NCBI GenBank assembly: GCA_963664305.2
Contig: CAXXLV010000002.1
Coordinates: 320,001 to 384,000, forward strand
DNA from: an uncultured Aliarcobacter sp.
Lineage (GTDB): Bacteria; Campylobacterota; Campylobacteria; Campylobacterales; Arcobacteraceae
Reading direction: 5' to 3'
DNA: 64,000 bases
Shown here: positions 49,181 through 60,652 of the stretch, one piece after another
Numbering within the stretch: position 1 is the stretch's first letter
Layout of the letters: every line of letters begins with the position of its first letter
The notes under the pieces: generated by a model
What the model was told of the DNA's origin: nothing
Seen by the model: the letters and a program-made list of their open reading frames with translations, nothing else
The model's database searches: none
Program-made: the position numbers and the translations under genes

Positions 49181-50114
49181 CAATATTCTCCTTTTGGAAA
49201 TTGTTATTTAAAAAATTATTTATGTCTTCTGGTAAATTTGCTTTGAAACTCATTTGCTTATTTGTTATAGGATGAGTTAAATAAAGATAATAAGCATGCA
49301 AATAAAATCTATTTATTTTATTTAATTCGCCCTTAAAACCATATAAATTATCTCCAAGTATATGCCTATTTATCGAACTTAAGTGAACTCTAATTTGATG
49401 AGTTCTTCCTGTGTATAATTTTGCTGCTATTAATTCAAATTTTTCATTATCACTTAATGCAATTTTTGAAAAAGCTGACTTTGCAAATCTTCCATTTTCT
49501 TCAATTGACATTTTTAATCTATTATTAGGATTTCTTGCAATATTTTTCTCAATAATTGTACTTTCTTTTAATGGCATATTAATAATTGCAAGATAATATC
49601 TTCCCATAGATTTATCTTCAAGTTGTTTTGATAAGCCAACATGTGCCTCATTTGTTTTAGCAACAACCATAACTCCACTTGTACCTTTATCTAATCTATG
49701 TACAATACCATGTCTCTCTTCACCACTAATTGTTGAAAGAGATATATTTTTTAATTTTAACCAATCAACTAAAGTTGCATCTTTTACACTTGGTGCATCA
49801 TGAACTGTAAGATTATATGGCTTATTAATAACAAGAATATAATCATCTTCATAAATTATTTCTACATCTTTATCTTCTAATGAATTAATAATAAATTCTT
49901 CATTTTTAACACTACTTAGTTCAGCTTCTGGAAAATGAACATCAACTATTTGATTTTCTTTTAATTTTAGCCCTGTTTTATTAACTATTTTTCCATTTAC
50001 TTTTACGTACTCTTTTTTTATTAATTGTTCAATTTGATTTCTTGAAGCTTCAATTTTTGAAGCTAAAAATTTATCTAGTCTATTTGTTTCAAAAACAATA
50101 AAATTTTTATCCAT
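49128..50114 (-). CDS. rluD: RluA/RluD pseudouridine synthase
   Basis: S4 domain RLDKFL, HRLDKGTSG, TGRTHQIRVH, LHA. Confidence 0.92.
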   Translation of the reverse strand: MDKNFIVFETNRLDKFLASKIEASRNQIEQLIKKEYVKVNGKIVNKTGLKLKENQIVDVHFPEAELSSVKNEEFIINSLEDKDVEIIYEDDYILVINKPYNLTVHDAPSVKDATLVDWLKLKNISLSTISGEERHGIVHRLDKGTSGVMVVAKTNEAHVGLSKQLEDKSMGRYYLAIINMPLKESTIIEKNIARNPNNRLKMSIEENGRFAKSAFSKIALSDNEKFELIAAKLYTGRTHQIRVHLSSINRHILGDNLYGFKGELNKINRFYLHAYYLYLTHPITNKQMSFKANLPEDINNFLNNNFQKENIDDKIDESYIINSFTFSI

Positions 50115-50133
50115 ATTTAGATACTCTTTCACT

Positions 50134-51240
50134 ATGCGTTTATTTGATAAAAGAATTATTTCACATTTTGATTATTTGTTAATAATATTTGTTTTACCTT
50201 TGATATTCTTATCATACCATTTAATTAGTGAAACAAACGAACTGTTAGCCAATAAACAATTGGTATATTTTACAATTTCGGTATTTGTATTTTTTTTAGT
50301 TTTTATGTTACCTATTAGAAAAAGACTAAGATTAATACCTGTTTTATATTGGATTGGAATTATATTACTAATTGCAGTTGAGTTAATAGGAATATCTAAG
50401 TTAGGTGCGAAAAGATGGATATATATTCCTGGAATTGGTACAACAATTCAGCCATCTGAGCTTATAAAGCCTGTATTTATTTTAATGTTAGGTTATTTAA
50501 TACAACATAAGCCACCACCTAAAAATGGTTATAATTTAAAAGATTTTATATATTTTTCATTTTATATATTATTACCATTTTTTTTAATTGCAATAGAACC
50601 TGATTTAGGAACTGCAATGGTTCTACTTTTTGTAGGATATGGAATATTATTTTTAATTGGTGTAAATTGGAAAATATGGGTAACAATACTTTTGGTAATT
50701 GGTATTTCTTCTCCATTTATTTATACCTATTTGATAAAAGATTATCAGAAAAAAAGAATTACAGATTTTATTTCTGAAAAACCAAGTTATCACGTACAAC
50801 AGTCAATTATTGCAATTGGTTCTGGAGGACTCACTGGAAAAGAGAGTGAAGAAGCTACTCAAACCCAATTAAAATTTTTGCCAATTGCAACAAGTGATTT
50901 TATTTTTGCATATTTTGTAGAAAGATATGGATTTTTAGGTGCTTTAGGATTAATATTTTTATATTTATTGATTATTTTACATCTATTATCAATGAATTAT
51001 TTTTTTAAAGATGATTTTGTTATTAGAGCTTTTGCCTCCGGGCTTGGACTTTTGATATTTTTTAATATGAGTATAAATATTTTGATGGTAATTGGTTTTG
51101 CACCAGTTGTTGGTCTTCCTCTACCATTATTCTCATATGGGGGAAGTTCTTTTATAAACTTTATTGTTACATTTGCAATATTAGAGAATTTATTAGCATT
51201 TAGATATATGAATTTATATAATTATGAAAGAAAGTTATAA
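50134..51240 (+). CDS. rodA: Rod shape-determining protein RodA
   Basis: GAKRWI, QPSE, EPDLGT, IAIGSGG, SDFIF, PLFSYGGSS. Confidence 0.93.
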   Translation: MRLFDKRIISHFDYLLIIFVLPLIFLSYHLISETNELLANKQLVYFTISVFVFFLVFMLPIRKRLRLIPVLYWIGIILLIAVELIGISKLGAKRWIYIPGIGTTIQPSELIKPVFILMLGYLIQHKPPPKNGYNLKDFIYFSFYILLPFFLIAIEPDLGTAMVLLFVGYGILFLIGVNWKIWVTILLVIGISSPFIYTYLIKDYQKKRITDFISEKPSYHVQQSIIAIGSGGLTGKESEEATQTQLKFLPIATSDFIFAYFVERYGFLGALGLIFLYLLIILHLLSMNYFFKDDFVIRAFASGLGLLIFFNMSINILMVIGFAPVVGLPLPLFSYGGSSFINFIVTFAILENLLAFRYMNLYNYERKL

Positions 51241-51271
51241 AAAGTAGATTTAAATAGAATGAAAATTCTAT

Positions 51272-51970
51272 TTAAACTCCTTGATGTTTTAGCAAACTAT
51301 TTACAATATCTAAATCATAAATTGATTCTCCACAATCCTCTTTTTTAGTTTTTATATCAAGTAATTCTTCATCATTTTCATTTGTATATTTATATGCAAG
51401 AATATAATCTTTTTTTAGAAGTTCTAAAGTAGTTTCACTTTCACAAAGAGAATCTTTTACTTGTTTTGTGAAAATATTTTTTGTTTTTTCATTACTTAAG
51501 TCAACTCCAAATAGAGTATATTTATAGAAAATACTTTTCCCATCTTTGTAAATGTCAATTAAAACACTATTTAAATCAACTTGAATAGGTAAATTCTTTT
51601 TGAAATCTTCAATATCTTTTTCAATATAATAATCTTCTAAAAAGTAGTATTTATATGTTTCGATAAAAAAAGCAAGAGAAAAAAATAGATTTAAAGTTAC
51701 AAGTGTTTTTGATGAAAATGACCAAAATTTTGAACCTTCATATTTACTTGCACTTTTAAAAGTAATAAAAAATATAAAAATTGAATATAGTAAAATTAAG
51801 AAATATACAAAAAATTCTAAATAAATATTTTCTTTGTCAGATTTAAATCCAATTTGCATAAATATTTCAATACAAATAGAAATAAAAATAAACCATAACC
51901 AAAAAACAACAATTAATGGAACATTCCCACTTATTAATTTATTTAAATAAATCCTACTTTTTTCTAACAT
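51272..51970 (-). CDS. Hypothetical membrane protein
   Basis: 3 N-terminal TM helices plus soluble domain (LPIQVD, two Cys). Confidence 0.7.
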   Translation of the reverse strand: MLEKSRIYLNKLISGNVPLIVVFWLWFIFISICIEIFMQIGFKSDKENIYLEFFVYFLILLYSIFIFFITFKSASKYEGSKFWSFSSKTLVTLNLFFSLAFFIETYKYYFLEDYYIEKDIEDFKKNLPIQVDLNSVLIDIYKDGKSIFYKYTLFGVDLSNEKTKNIFTKQVKDSLCESETTLELLKKDYILAYKYTNENDEELLDIKTKKEDCGESIYDLDIVNSLLKHQGV

Positions 51971-51978
51971 CTTTTTTC

Positions 51979-52749
51979 CTAAAATAATCTATAAAATACT
52001 TTAAATCTTAATTTTGTAGTAGTTGTTGGTTTTGGATAATCTTTATAGGCTATCTCAATTAATTCTAAAGTATATTCATCTAGAACTGCATAACTTGATG
52101 AATTTATAATCTTTAAACCAGTAATACTTCCATCTGGATGAAACATAAATTCAACAATATTTATTCCACCAATTTTAAGTTTAGCTGCAAGTTTTGGATA
52201 ACCTAATCTATCTAAAACTCTTTGGGTAATAACTTGAAAATTATTAAGATTTTTTTCTAAATATGCTTTTTGAACTTTTGTAAAAGTTTGATACTCTTCC
52301 CCATATAATTTTTCTAATTCATTTAATATCTCTTTATTTACGGGCTCTTTTTGTGATAAGAAATTTTCTAGAGTCTTTTCTTGTAAAGAATTTTCATTTT
52401 TTACAATTTGTTCTTTTAATAAATTATCTTGAAGTTTTTTCGCTTTTTCAAAATTTACTTCTTTTTTTCTTTCAACATTTTTTTCTATATTTTTAACTAA
52501 TTGTTTTTTCTCTTTAATAATTTCATTTTTAACTGGTTCTGTTTTTTTAACTTCAACAGGTTTTTCTACTGGTTCAATCTTTGTTTCAGCAATTTCTTGT
52601 TTTTTAATTTTGACAAATTTTACATCAGATTTTTTTTCTACAAGTTCATTATTTGAAGTGTTTTTTGTTAATTCTTCGTTCTTGTATTTCTTTAAAAAAA
52701 GTAAATGTAAAGATATTGAAATAATAAAAGCTAGGATAATAATTTTCAT
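51979..52749 (-). CDS. TonB C-terminal domain protein
   Basis: SISLH anchor, YP..A....IGG, DGSI, SSSYAVLD. Confidence 0.85.
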   Translation of the reverse strand: MKIIILAFIISISLHLLFLKKYKNEELTKNTSNNELVEKKSDVKFVKIKKQEIAETKIEPVEKPVEVKKTEPVKNEIIKEKKQLVKNIEKNVERKKEVNFEKAKKLQDNLLKEQIVKNENSLQEKTLENFLSQKEPVNKEILNELEKLYGEEYQTFTKVQKAYLEKNLNNFQVITQRVLDRLGYPKLAAKLKIGGINIVEFMFHPDGSITGLKIINSSSYAVLDEYTLELIEIAYKDYPKPTTTTKLRFKVFYRLF

Positions 52750-52800
52750 AAGCGGGATTATAGTACAATTCCGCTAATAAATGATTAATTAGGAATGTGA

Positions 52801-54084
52801 ATGTTTGAAAAATCAATAAAAGCTTATGAAGAAGCTTGTAAAGTGATTCCTGGAGGAGTAGATTCTCCTGTTCGTGCCTTCAAAAGTGTAGGCGGAACAC
52901 CACCTTTTATTCAAAAAGGAGAAGGAGCATATTTATATGATATAGATGGAAATAAATACTTAGATTTTGTTCAAAGTTGGGGACCTTTAATATTTGGTCA
53001 TTGTGATAAAGATATTGAAGAAGCTGTTATAAAAACTGTAAAAAATGGATTGTCATTTGGAGCACCAACAGAACTTGAAACACTATTAGCAAATGAAATT
53101 GTGGAAATGTATGATAATATCGACAAAGTTAGATTTGTAAGTTCTGGTACAGAAGCTACAATGTCTGCAATTAGATTAGCACGTGGTGTTACAGGTAAAA
53201 ATGATATCATCAAATTTGAAGGTTGTTATCATGGACATTCAGATTCTCTTTTAGTACAAGCAGGTTCTGGAATGGCAACATTTGGAGCACCAAGTAGTCC
53301 TGGAGTTCCAGCTGATTTAACAAAACATACTTTAGTTTGTGAATATAACAATATAGAAAACTTAAAAAAATGTTTTGAAGATAGTTCAGATATTGCTTGT
53401 ATTATTATTGAGCCAATTGCTGGAAATATGGGATTAGTTCCGGCAACTGAAGAATTCTTAGCAACTTGTAGAGAACTATGTGATAAATATGGTGCACTTC
53501 TGATTTTTGATGAAGTTATGTCAGGATTTAGAGCAAGTTTAAAAGGTGCAAGTGGAATTTTAAAAACTCAAGGTGATATTATCACATTTGGAAAAGTAAT
53601 AGGTGCTGGTATGCCAGTTGGTGCTTTTGCTGCAAGTAAAGAAATTATGGGACATTTATCACCTGAAGGTAAAGTTTATCAAGCTGGAACTTTAAGTGGC
53701 AATCCCGTTGCTATGGCTGCTGGATTAGTAAGTCTTAGAAAATTAAAAGCAAATTCAGAACTACTTTATGCTGATTTAAGTGCAAAAGCTAATAAATTAG
53801 TAAATGGTTTAAAAGATATAGCAACAAAATATAATATTCCTATGCAAGTAGATACAAGAGGAAGTATGTTTGGATTTTTCTTTTGTGAAAAAGCTCCAAA
53901 AAATTTTGCTGAAGTAGGGCTTTGTGATTTTAAAAGATTTGCAACATTTCATCATGAAATGTTAAAAAAAGGTTTTTATTTCGCTTGTTCTCAATACGAA
54001 ACTGGTTTTATTTGTACAACAATTACAAATGAAGATATAGATGCATGCTTAAATGCTGCAGATGAAATTATGCAAAAGTTGTAA
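52801..54084 (+). CDS. hemL: Glutamate-1-semialdehyde 2,1-aminomutase
   Basis: [41 protein letters not shown]. Confidence 0.97.
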   Translation: MFEKSIKAYEEACKVIPGGVDSPVRAFKSVGGTPPFIQKGEGAYLYDIDGNKYLDFVQSWGPLIFGHCDKDIEEAVIKTVKNGLSFGAPTELETLLANEIVEMYDNIDKVRFVSSGTEATMSAIRLARGVTGKNDIIKFEGCYHGHSDSLLVQAGSGMATFGAPSSPGVPADLTKHTLVCEYNNIENLKKCFEDSSDIACIIIEPIAGNMGLVPATEEFLATCRELCDKYGALLIFDEVMSGFRASLKGASGILKTQGDIITFGKVIGAGMPVGAFAASKEIMGHLSPEGKVYQAGTLSGNPVAMAAGLVSLRKLKANSELLYADLSAKANKLVNGLKDIATKYNIPMQVDTRGSMFGFFFCEKAPKNFAEVGLCDFKRFATFHHEMLKKGFYFACSQYETGFICTTITNEDIDACLNAADEIMQKL

Positions 54085-54179
54085 GAACAACTAGTTATTC
54101 TCTTTAGAGTTTGTTTCTTTAACTTTGGCTTTGCCAAAGTGTTAAAAGAAGTTTAATATTAAAATAAAAAGGAAAAAAA

Positions 54180-54497
54180 ATGCCAACAATTAAAAATGTA
54201 GAATTAACAAAAAAAGCGAATATTTATTTCGATGGAAAAGTTACAAGTAGAAGTTTTGTAGACGAAAATGGAGTTAGAAAATCATTAGGTATTATGATGC
54301 CAGGTGAATATACTTTTGGAACAAATGAAGCAGAACATATGGAAATCATTGGTGGAAAAGTTGAAGTGTTAATTGCTTGTGGTGATAGTAATTGGGAAAC
54401 AATTGAAGCAGGTGGTTTCTTTGAAGTTCCTGCAAATTGTTCTTTTGATATTAAAGTATTAGAAATAACTGATTATTGTTGTACATATATTGGATAA
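54180..54497 (+). CDS. ppnP: Pyrimidine/purine nucleoside phosphorylase (DUF1255)
   Basis: ANIYFDGKVTSR, GIMMPGEYTFGT, DYCCTY. Confidence 0.9.
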   Translation: MPTIKNVELTKKANIYFDGKVTSRSFVDENGVRKSLGIMMPGEYTFGTNEAEHMEIIGGKVEVLIACGDSNWETIEAGGFFEVPANCSFDIKVLEITDYCCTYIG

Positions 54498-54500
54498 TTT

Positions 54501-54806
54501 ATGCAAGAAGAAATAGAAGAAAAACCAAAACACCAAGATAAAATAGCCGCTTTAGATAATCTATCTTTAGGTATTTCAATTGTTGCAGCTATATTAATTG
54601 GTTTTGGTATTGGATATGGTTTAAAACAATTAACTGGATATACTTGGACTTTATGGCTTGGTATTGCATGGGGAATATTTGCAGCTGGTTTAAATGTTTA
54701 TAAAGCATATAAAAGGGCTCAAAAAGTATATGAAGGATTAGAAAATGATCCAAGATATGCTCATAGAGCAAAATATGGAGATAAATCTTTTGATGATGAA
54801 GATTAA
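54501..54806 (+). CDS. AtpZ/AtpI-family membrane protein
   Basis: LSLGISIV.AILIG.GIG, W.LWLG..WG. Confidence 0.8.
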   Translation: MQEEIEEKPKHQDKIAALDNLSLGISIVAAILIGFGIGYGLKQLTGYTWTLWLGIAWGIFAAGLNVYKAYKRAQKVYEGLENDPRYAHRAKYGDKSFDDED

Positions 54807-55341
54807 TCAAGAGATTTTAAAATTTGCAAAGGTTTTTATATTTTTAGACCTTTGCATTTTTATTTATTCCCTAATTTTTCAAAATAAATTATGGCTTTTA
54901 AATACTCAAGTTGCTTTTTTCTCTTCTTTATTCATTACTATTGCTTCTTTTATTTCTTATAAAAGAAATATTCAAAATAGATTATCAAATTTAGATTTAT
55001 CGCAAACTTCTAAAAATGAAGATAGAGATAAAATAGATGAGATTGATGATCCTTATGATTTGTATACTGAATATGAAGAAGTTCCAGAATCAGAATTAAC
55101 GCCTGAAAAAATTAAAGAAATAATTAATGATGAAAAATCAAAAGTAAAAAGAAATACTTTTAAAAATACTTTATTTGCAACAGGTGGATTTTTATCTATA
55201 TATAGAGTTTTAGGTTATGGATTATTGATTTTTGGTTTTTTTGCTTTAAATAACAATAAAATATTTATACCTATTGCTTTTATTATCGGATTAGGAATCG
55301 TTCCTATTGGAGTTTTAATTTCAAAGCTAATAAAAAAATAG
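54793..55341 (+). CDS. Conserved hypothetical membrane protein
   Basis: TM helices flanking IDEIDDPYDLY; exact start uncertain. Confidence 0.7.
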   Translation: MMKINQEILKFAKVFIFLDLCIFIYSLIFQNKLWLLNTQVAFFSSLFITIASFISYKRNIQNRLSNLDLSQTSKNEDRDKIDEIDDPYDLYTEYEEVPESELTPEKIKEIINDEKSKVKRNTFKNTLFATGGFLSIYRVLGYGLLIFGFFALNNNKIFIPIAFIIGLGIVPIGVLISKLIKK

Positions 55342-55349
55342 CTTTGAAA

Positions 55350-56030
55350 TTATAAAATTAGTGGTAAATCTATTGTTACCTTATTATCATCTGCAGTTAA
55401 AATAAAAGAATGATTATCTTTTAAATCTATTTTCGAAAATTCATCACTCTCTTCAGAAGCAATTTCTATACTAATTAAAGAGTATTTTTTTCCATCAATT
55501 TTTATATATTCCCCAATTTTCAATAAAATTGAACAAGATACATTTTTTCTCTCACTAAATGCTTCAAAGATTTGATTTAATGTTTTTATAAATGCACTTG
55601 CATCAAGTTTAAATTCTGGAATAGATGGGTCATAATTCTTTGTAAAATTAATATTAGTTTTAATTTTACTAGTTGAAATAGCCAAATCTACCAATGTAAA
55701 AATATTTGTTGTATTAATATTTTTAATATTTAATTTTGATTCTTTTTTAACCATTGCACTTTTATAAAGTTTCATATGAATTTCATCTTCATTTTCATAC
55801 ATAACTGTAATTGCATAAAAAGTGTAATTTTTAATTGTTAAATCAATATATGAAGTCAATGCTCCAAATGTTTTTGGAGCATATGTTAATGCTAAGTCAA
55901 ATAATTCTTTAGGTTTAATTCTATTCAATAAAAACTGAGCTTCTGAATTAGAATATAATATTTTAGAACTAGATGAAAAAGAAAGTACTGGATTTAAATC
56001 CAGTTCAACCCATTCTTCAAAAAAACTCAT
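55350..56030 (-). CDS. Hypothetical protein (PAS-like N-terminus, degenerate kinase-like C-terminus)
   Basis: NPVLSF....ILYSNSEAQFLL; YDPSIPEF; coupled to rpoD. Confidence 0.6.
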   Translation of the reverse strand: MSFFEEWVELDLNPVLSFSSSSKILYSNSEAQFLLNRIKPKELFDLALTYAPKTFGALTSYIDLTIKNYTFYAITVMYENEDEIHMKLYKSAMVKKESKLNIKNINTTNIFTLVDLAISTSKIKTNINFTKNYDPSIPEFKLDASAFIKTLNQIFEAFSERKNVSCSILLKIGEYIKIDGKKYSLISIEIASEESDEFSKIDLKDNHSFILTADDNKVTIDLPLIL

Positions 56031-56033
56031 ATC

Positions 56034-57923
56034 TTAACTTTCAACATAATTTTTAAGATTTTTACCAACTTTTGGATGCTTTAATTTTTTAATAGCACTT
56101 GATTCGATTTGTCTAACTCTCTCTCTTGTTACAGAAAGTTCTTTTCCAATCTCTTCTAATGTTCTATCACTTGCATCTTCCATAAGACCAAATCTCATTC
56201 TGATAACAGCTTGTTCTCTTTCATTTAATTGACCTAAAATTTGATCAATTTGACCTTGTAAATCTTCTTTCATGATATTGTCAACTGGTGTTGGAGCTTT
56301 TTCATCAGGAACAAAATCTCCAAATTTACCATCATCATCACTTCCAATAGGAGCTTCTAGAGAAACTGGTTCTTTAGTGATTTTGATAACTTGTTTAACT
56401 TTATCAACAGGAAGTCCTACTTCTTTTGCGATTTCATCTACATCAGGCTCTCTTCCATTTTCTTGAATACCTTTTCTAATGATTTTATTAATTCTATTAA
56501 TAGTTTCAATCATATGAATTGGAATTCTAATAGTTCTTGCTTGGTCAGCAATTGCTCTAGAAATTGCTTGTCTAATCCACCATGTTGCATAAGTAGAGAA
56601 TTTATAACCTTTTTTATATTCAAACTTATCAACAGCTTTCATAAGGCCGATGTTTCCTTCTTGAATTAAATCAAGGAAAGGTAAACCTCTATTTGTATAT
56701 CTTTTTGCAATAGATACAACAAGTCTTAGGTTTGATTTTGCCATTCTTGTTTTAGAAGTATCAGTTATTTGTTTACCTCTTTTAATTTGTTCAAGAACGT
56801 CTTTTAACTCTTCAGGAGTTAAATCAAATCCACCTTTTGAAGCTTCTGCTGTTTGGAACAGTTTTTTAATTTCCATATATGTAGAAACCATTGTAGCTTC
56901 AGGAACCATAGATGTAATTTGTGCTTTTGATAAATTCACAATATTATCTAAAATCTTTTTGTGGTTTTTTAATAAAGTTTCGTTAAATAGAGGTAATTTA
57001 TACTCTAATCTTTTTAACTCACTGTCAAAACCAGTGTCAGATTTAAGTGCAGTTTCCATTGCTTTTACAATTTCAGTAATTAATTTAGATGTTGGACCTA
57101 AATCTAATAAAGCCTCTTTCAAAATTTTCTTTTTAAAAGCAACAGCTAAATTGAAAGTCATTTGATCTGTTTCATCATCAGATTTTGCAGTCTCTTTAAC
57201 TTGGAATTTAAGCCAGTCTTTTTTAGCTTTTTCTAAATTTTTAAATGCTTCGATAATTGTTTGAGCTCTTTTATCAAGCTTCTTTTGTTTTTTTCCACTG
57301 TTTTTTTCATCATCAGTATCTACACTATCTTCGTCATCTACATCTTCATCTAAATCTTCATCTAAATCTTCATCTTCTTCTTCACTTTCAGAGTCTTCAT
57401 CATCATCAAAGTTTTTAAATAATTCTTTAACTTTTCTTTCTCTGTTTACTAAAGGTTCTTTGTATTCTAAAATAAAATCAATTAGATATGGAACATAACA
57501 AATTGCATCAAGAATAATATCTTCACCAGTTTCGATTTTTTTAGAGATTTCAACTTCTTCTTCTTTTGTTAAAAGAGGAATTTGTCCCATTTCTCTAAGA
57601 TACATTCTTACAGGAGAATCTGATCTTGACCATTCAAGCAGCTCTTTGTTTTTTAATAAATCGTAAACGTCATCTTCGTTTTCAATTAATTTTTCTCTTA
57701 ATTCTTTTCTTTTTTTAGCCTCTTCAGCATTCATTCTTTTTGCTTGTTCTTGAGAACTAATTACAGTTACATTATATAATTGTATTAATGCTAAAAGTTT
57801 TTTGATATTTGGACCTGAAGGTGCTTTAGGAAAGATTTTAATAATTTTCTCATATGTAAGCACAGAGTCTTTATACTCTTTTACCAATTGCTCGATAGTT
57901 TTATTTATATCTTTTACGCTCAT
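56034..57923 (-). CDS. rpoD: RNA polymerase sigma-70 factor
   Basis: [54 protein letters not shown]. Confidence 0.98.
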   Translation of the reverse strand: MSVKDINKTIEQLVKEYKDSVLTYEKIIKIFPKAPSGPNIKKLLALIQLYNVTVISSQEQAKRMNAEEAKKRKELREKLIENEDDVYDLLKNKELLEWSRSDSPVRMYLREMGQIPLLTKEEEVEISKKIETGEDIILDAICYVPYLIDFILEYKEPLVNRERKVKELFKNFDDDEDSESEEEDEDLDEDLDEDVDDEDSVDTDDEKNSGKKQKKLDKRAQTIIEAFKNLEKAKKDWLKFQVKETAKSDDETDQMTFNLAVAFKKKILKEALLDLGPTSKLITEIVKAMETALKSDTGFDSELKRLEYKLPLFNETLLKNHKKILDNIVNLSKAQITSMVPEATMVSTYMEIKKLFQTAEASKGGFDLTPEELKDVLEQIKRGKQITDTSKTRMAKSNLRLVVSIAKRYTNRGLPFLDLIQEGNIGLMKAVDKFEYKKGYKFSTYATWWIRQAISRAIADQARTIRIPIHMIETINRINKIIRKGIQENGREPDVDEIAKEVGLPVDKVKQVIKITKEPVSLEAPIGSDDDGKFGDFVPDEKAPTPVDNIMKEDLQGQIDQILGQLNEREQAVIRMRFGLMEDASDRTLEEIGKELSVTRERVRQIESSAIKKLKHPKVGKNLKNYVES

Positions 57924-58099
57924 TGTGTTAGGAAATCCTCTTTATTAAGATGGTCGGATATTATACCCAAATTAGTTAAACATCTTATTAAAAAAAATAG
58001 ATTTAAACAAATATTACTAAAAAATTGGTTAAAATGCATTTTTTTTGAAAATATTTATTTGATAGATTTAAAATCTATGTAAATACAAGGACATATATT

Positions 58100-58600
58100 A
58101 TGAGTAAAATTACTGGAAAAGTGTGGAATTTTGGAGCAAATATTGATACAGACGTTATCATTGCAGCTAGATATTTAAATAGTTCAGATCCTGAACATTT
58201 AGCAAAATATGTAATGGAAGATGCAGACCCTGAATTTCCAAAAAAATTACAAAGAGGTGATATAATCGTTGCTGGTGAAAATTTTGGATGTGGTTCAAGT
58301 AGAGAACATGCACCAATCGCATTAAAAGCTGCAGGTGTTGCTGCTGTTGTTGCACCTTCATTTGCTAGAATTTTTTATAGAAATGCATTTAATATGGGAT
58401 TACCAATATTTGAATTACCTGAGTCTTTAGAAATAAAAGAGGGTGAAGAAATCTCTATTGATTTAGATAAAGGTGAAATTACAAATAATACTACTAATAA
58501 AACATATAAATTTATTCCAATTCCTCCATTTATGCAAGAATTAATTGCAACTGGTGGATTAATTAATTATGCAAAAGCAGAAATGAAAAAGGCAAACTAA
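58100..58600 (+). CDS. leuD: 3-isopropylmalate dehydratase small subunit
   Basis: [19 protein letters not shown]; next to leuB. Confidence 0.93.
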   Translation: MSKITGKVWNFGANIDTDVIIAARYLNSSDPEHLAKYVMEDADPEFPKKLQRGDIIVAGENFGCGSSREHAPIALKAAGVAAVVAPSFARIFYRNAFNMGLPIFELPESLEIKEGEEISIDLDKGEITNNTTNKTYKFIPIPPFMQELIATGGLINYAKAEMKKAN

Positions 58601-58602
58601 AA

Positions 58603-59670
58603 ATGAAAAACTACAATATATCAATAATCAAAGGTGATGGTATAGGACCAGAAATCGTTGATGAGGCAATAAAAGTATTAAATGCAGTTGCAAAAAAATG
58701 TGATTTTGAATTAAGTTATAAAGAGTATTTAATGGGTGGTATCGCTATTGATACTACTGGTGTTCCATTACCTCAAGAGACAGTTGATGGAGTTTTAAAT
58801 TCTGATGCATGTTTATTTGGTGCAATTGGTGGAGAAAAATGGGATACACTTCCAAGAGAATTAAGACCAGAAACTGGATTATTAAAATTCAGAGAAGAGA
58901 TGGGTGTTTACGCAAACTTAAGACCTGCAATTATTTATGATGAATTAGTAAATGCATCAACTTTAAAACCTGAAGTAATTCAAGGCGTTGATATTATGAT
59001 TGTAAGAGAATTAATTGGTGGAATCTATTTTGGAAAACCAAGAGAAAATGATGGATTTAAAGCATTTAATACAATGGTTTATACAAAACCAGAAATTGTA
59101 AGAATTGGTAAAACAGCATTTGAACTTGCAATGAAAAGAGATAAAAGAGTTTGTTCTGTAGATAAAGCAAATGTTTTAGAAGTTTCTCAACTTTGGAGAG
59201 ATACTATGAATGAATTATCTAAAGATTATCCTGAAGTTGAATTAACTCATATGTATGTAGATAATGCAGCAATGCAACTTGTAAGAAATCCAAAACAATT
59301 TGATGTTATCGTAACTGGAAATATTTTTGGAGATATTCTTTCAGATACAGCTTCAATGGTAGTAGGTTCAATTGGATTACTTCCATCAGCTTCAACAGGA
59401 GATAAAACTGCAATTTATGAACCAATTCATGGTTCAGCACCAGATATTGCTGGACTTGGGATAGCAAATCCAATAGCAACAATAGTAAGTGCAGCAATGA
59501 TGTTAAAATACTCTTTAAATGAGATAAAAGCAGCAGATATGATAGAAGATGCAATAAAAGCAGCATTAAAAGATGGATATAGAACAAAAGATTTAGCAGC
59601 ATTTGATGCAAAAGAAGTATTAAATACTACTGCTATGGGTGATATTATTGTTAAATATATAAATAAATAA
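58603..59670 (+). CDS. leuB: 3-isopropylmalate dehydrogenase
   Basis: [40 protein letters not shown]. Confidence 0.97.
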   Translation: MKNYNISIIKGDGIGPEIVDEAIKVLNAVAKKCDFELSYKEYLMGGIAIDTTGVPLPQETVDGVLNSDACLFGAIGGEKWDTLPRELRPETGLLKFREEMGVYANLRPAIIYDELVNASTLKPEVIQGVDIMIVRELIGGIYFGKPRENDGFKAFNTMVYTKPEIVRIGKTAFELAMKRDKRVCSVDKANVLEVSQLWRDTMNELSKDYPEVELTHMYVDNAAMQLVRNPKQFDVIVTGNIFGDILSDTASMVVGSIGLLPSASTGDKTAIYEPIHGSAPDIAGLGIANPIATIVSAAMMLKYSLNEIKAADMIEDAIKAALKDGYRTKDLAAFDAKEVLNTTAMGDIIVKYINK

Positions 59671-59713
59671 TTTTTTATGATAGAATAGAAAATTATAATT
59701 TTAGGATTTAGAT

Positions 59714-60643
59714 ATGAATGAAAAAAAATATAGATTAGTTACTAGAAGTGATATGGATGGTTTAGTTTGTGGTACTTTACTTAAATATTTGAATATTATT
59801 GATGAAATAGCTTTTGTTCACCCAAAAGATATGCAAGATGGAAAAATTCAAATTACAAAAGATGATATAACAACAAATCTTCCATATGTTGATGGTGTAT
59901 ATTTAGCTTTTGATCATCATTTTAGTGAAACACTAAGAAATGAAAAAAAAGACAACCACATAATAAATCCTAATGCACCAAGTGCAGCACAAGTTGTTTA
60001 TGAATATTATGGAGGAGATGAAGTTTTCCCTGGATATTTTACAGCTATGATGAATGGTGCAAATAAAGCTGATTCTGCTGATTTTGATATTGATGATATA
60101 TTAAAACCAAGAGGTTGGGCATTACTAAGTTTCTTAATGGATTCAAGAACAGGTCTTGGAAGATTTAGAGATTTTAGAATTTCAAATTATCAATTAATGA
60201 TGGATTTAATTGAATATTGTGCAAGACATAATATTGATGAAATTTTAGATTTACCAGATATTAAAGAAAGAATTGATTTATACTTTAAATATGAAGAAGA
60301 TTTCAAAGAACAATTAAAAAGATGTACAAAAGTTGTAGGAAATCTTTTAATTATTGATTATAGAAATGAAGAGATTATTTATCCTGGAAATAGATTTATG
60401 GTTTATGCAATGCATCCAGAACAAAATATTTCTATTCATGTTGTTTGGGGTAAAGATAAACAAAATATTGTATTTAGTACTGGAAAATCAATTATCAATA
60501 AATCTTCAAATACAAATGTTGGTGAATTAATGCTTAAATACAATGGTGGTGGACATAAAGCTGCTGGCGGATGTCAAATTGATACAGATAAAGCAGAAGT
60601 TGTATTACAAGAATTAATTGCAAAAATAAATCAAGATGGATAA
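59714..60643 (+). CDS. DHH-family phosphoesterase (nanoRNase/exopolyphosphatase-like)
   Basis: RSDMDG, FDHH, GGGH motifs. Confidence 0.85.
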   Translation: MNEKKYRLVTRSDMDGLVCGTLLKYLNIIDEIAFVHPKDMQDGKIQITKDDITTNLPYVDGVYLAFDHHFSETLRNEKKDNHIINPNAPSAAQVVYEYYGGDEVFPGYFTAMMNGANKADSADFDIDDILKPRGWALLSFLMDSRTGLGRFRDFRISNYQLMMDLIEYCARHNIDEILDLPDIKERIDLYFKYEEDFKEQLKRCTKVVGNLLIIDYRNEEIIYPGNRFMVYAMHPEQNISIHVVWGKDKQNIVFSTGKSIINKSSNTNVGELMLKYNGGGHKAAGGCQIDTDKAEVVLQELIAKINQDG

Positions 60644-60652
60644 AAAAGAAGT

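Noticed and set aside
57330..57410. Short tandem repeats (tcttcatctaaa) in rpoD
   Set aside because: They encode the normal acidic Asp/Glu loop of sigma-70; not a CRISPR array or mobile repeat
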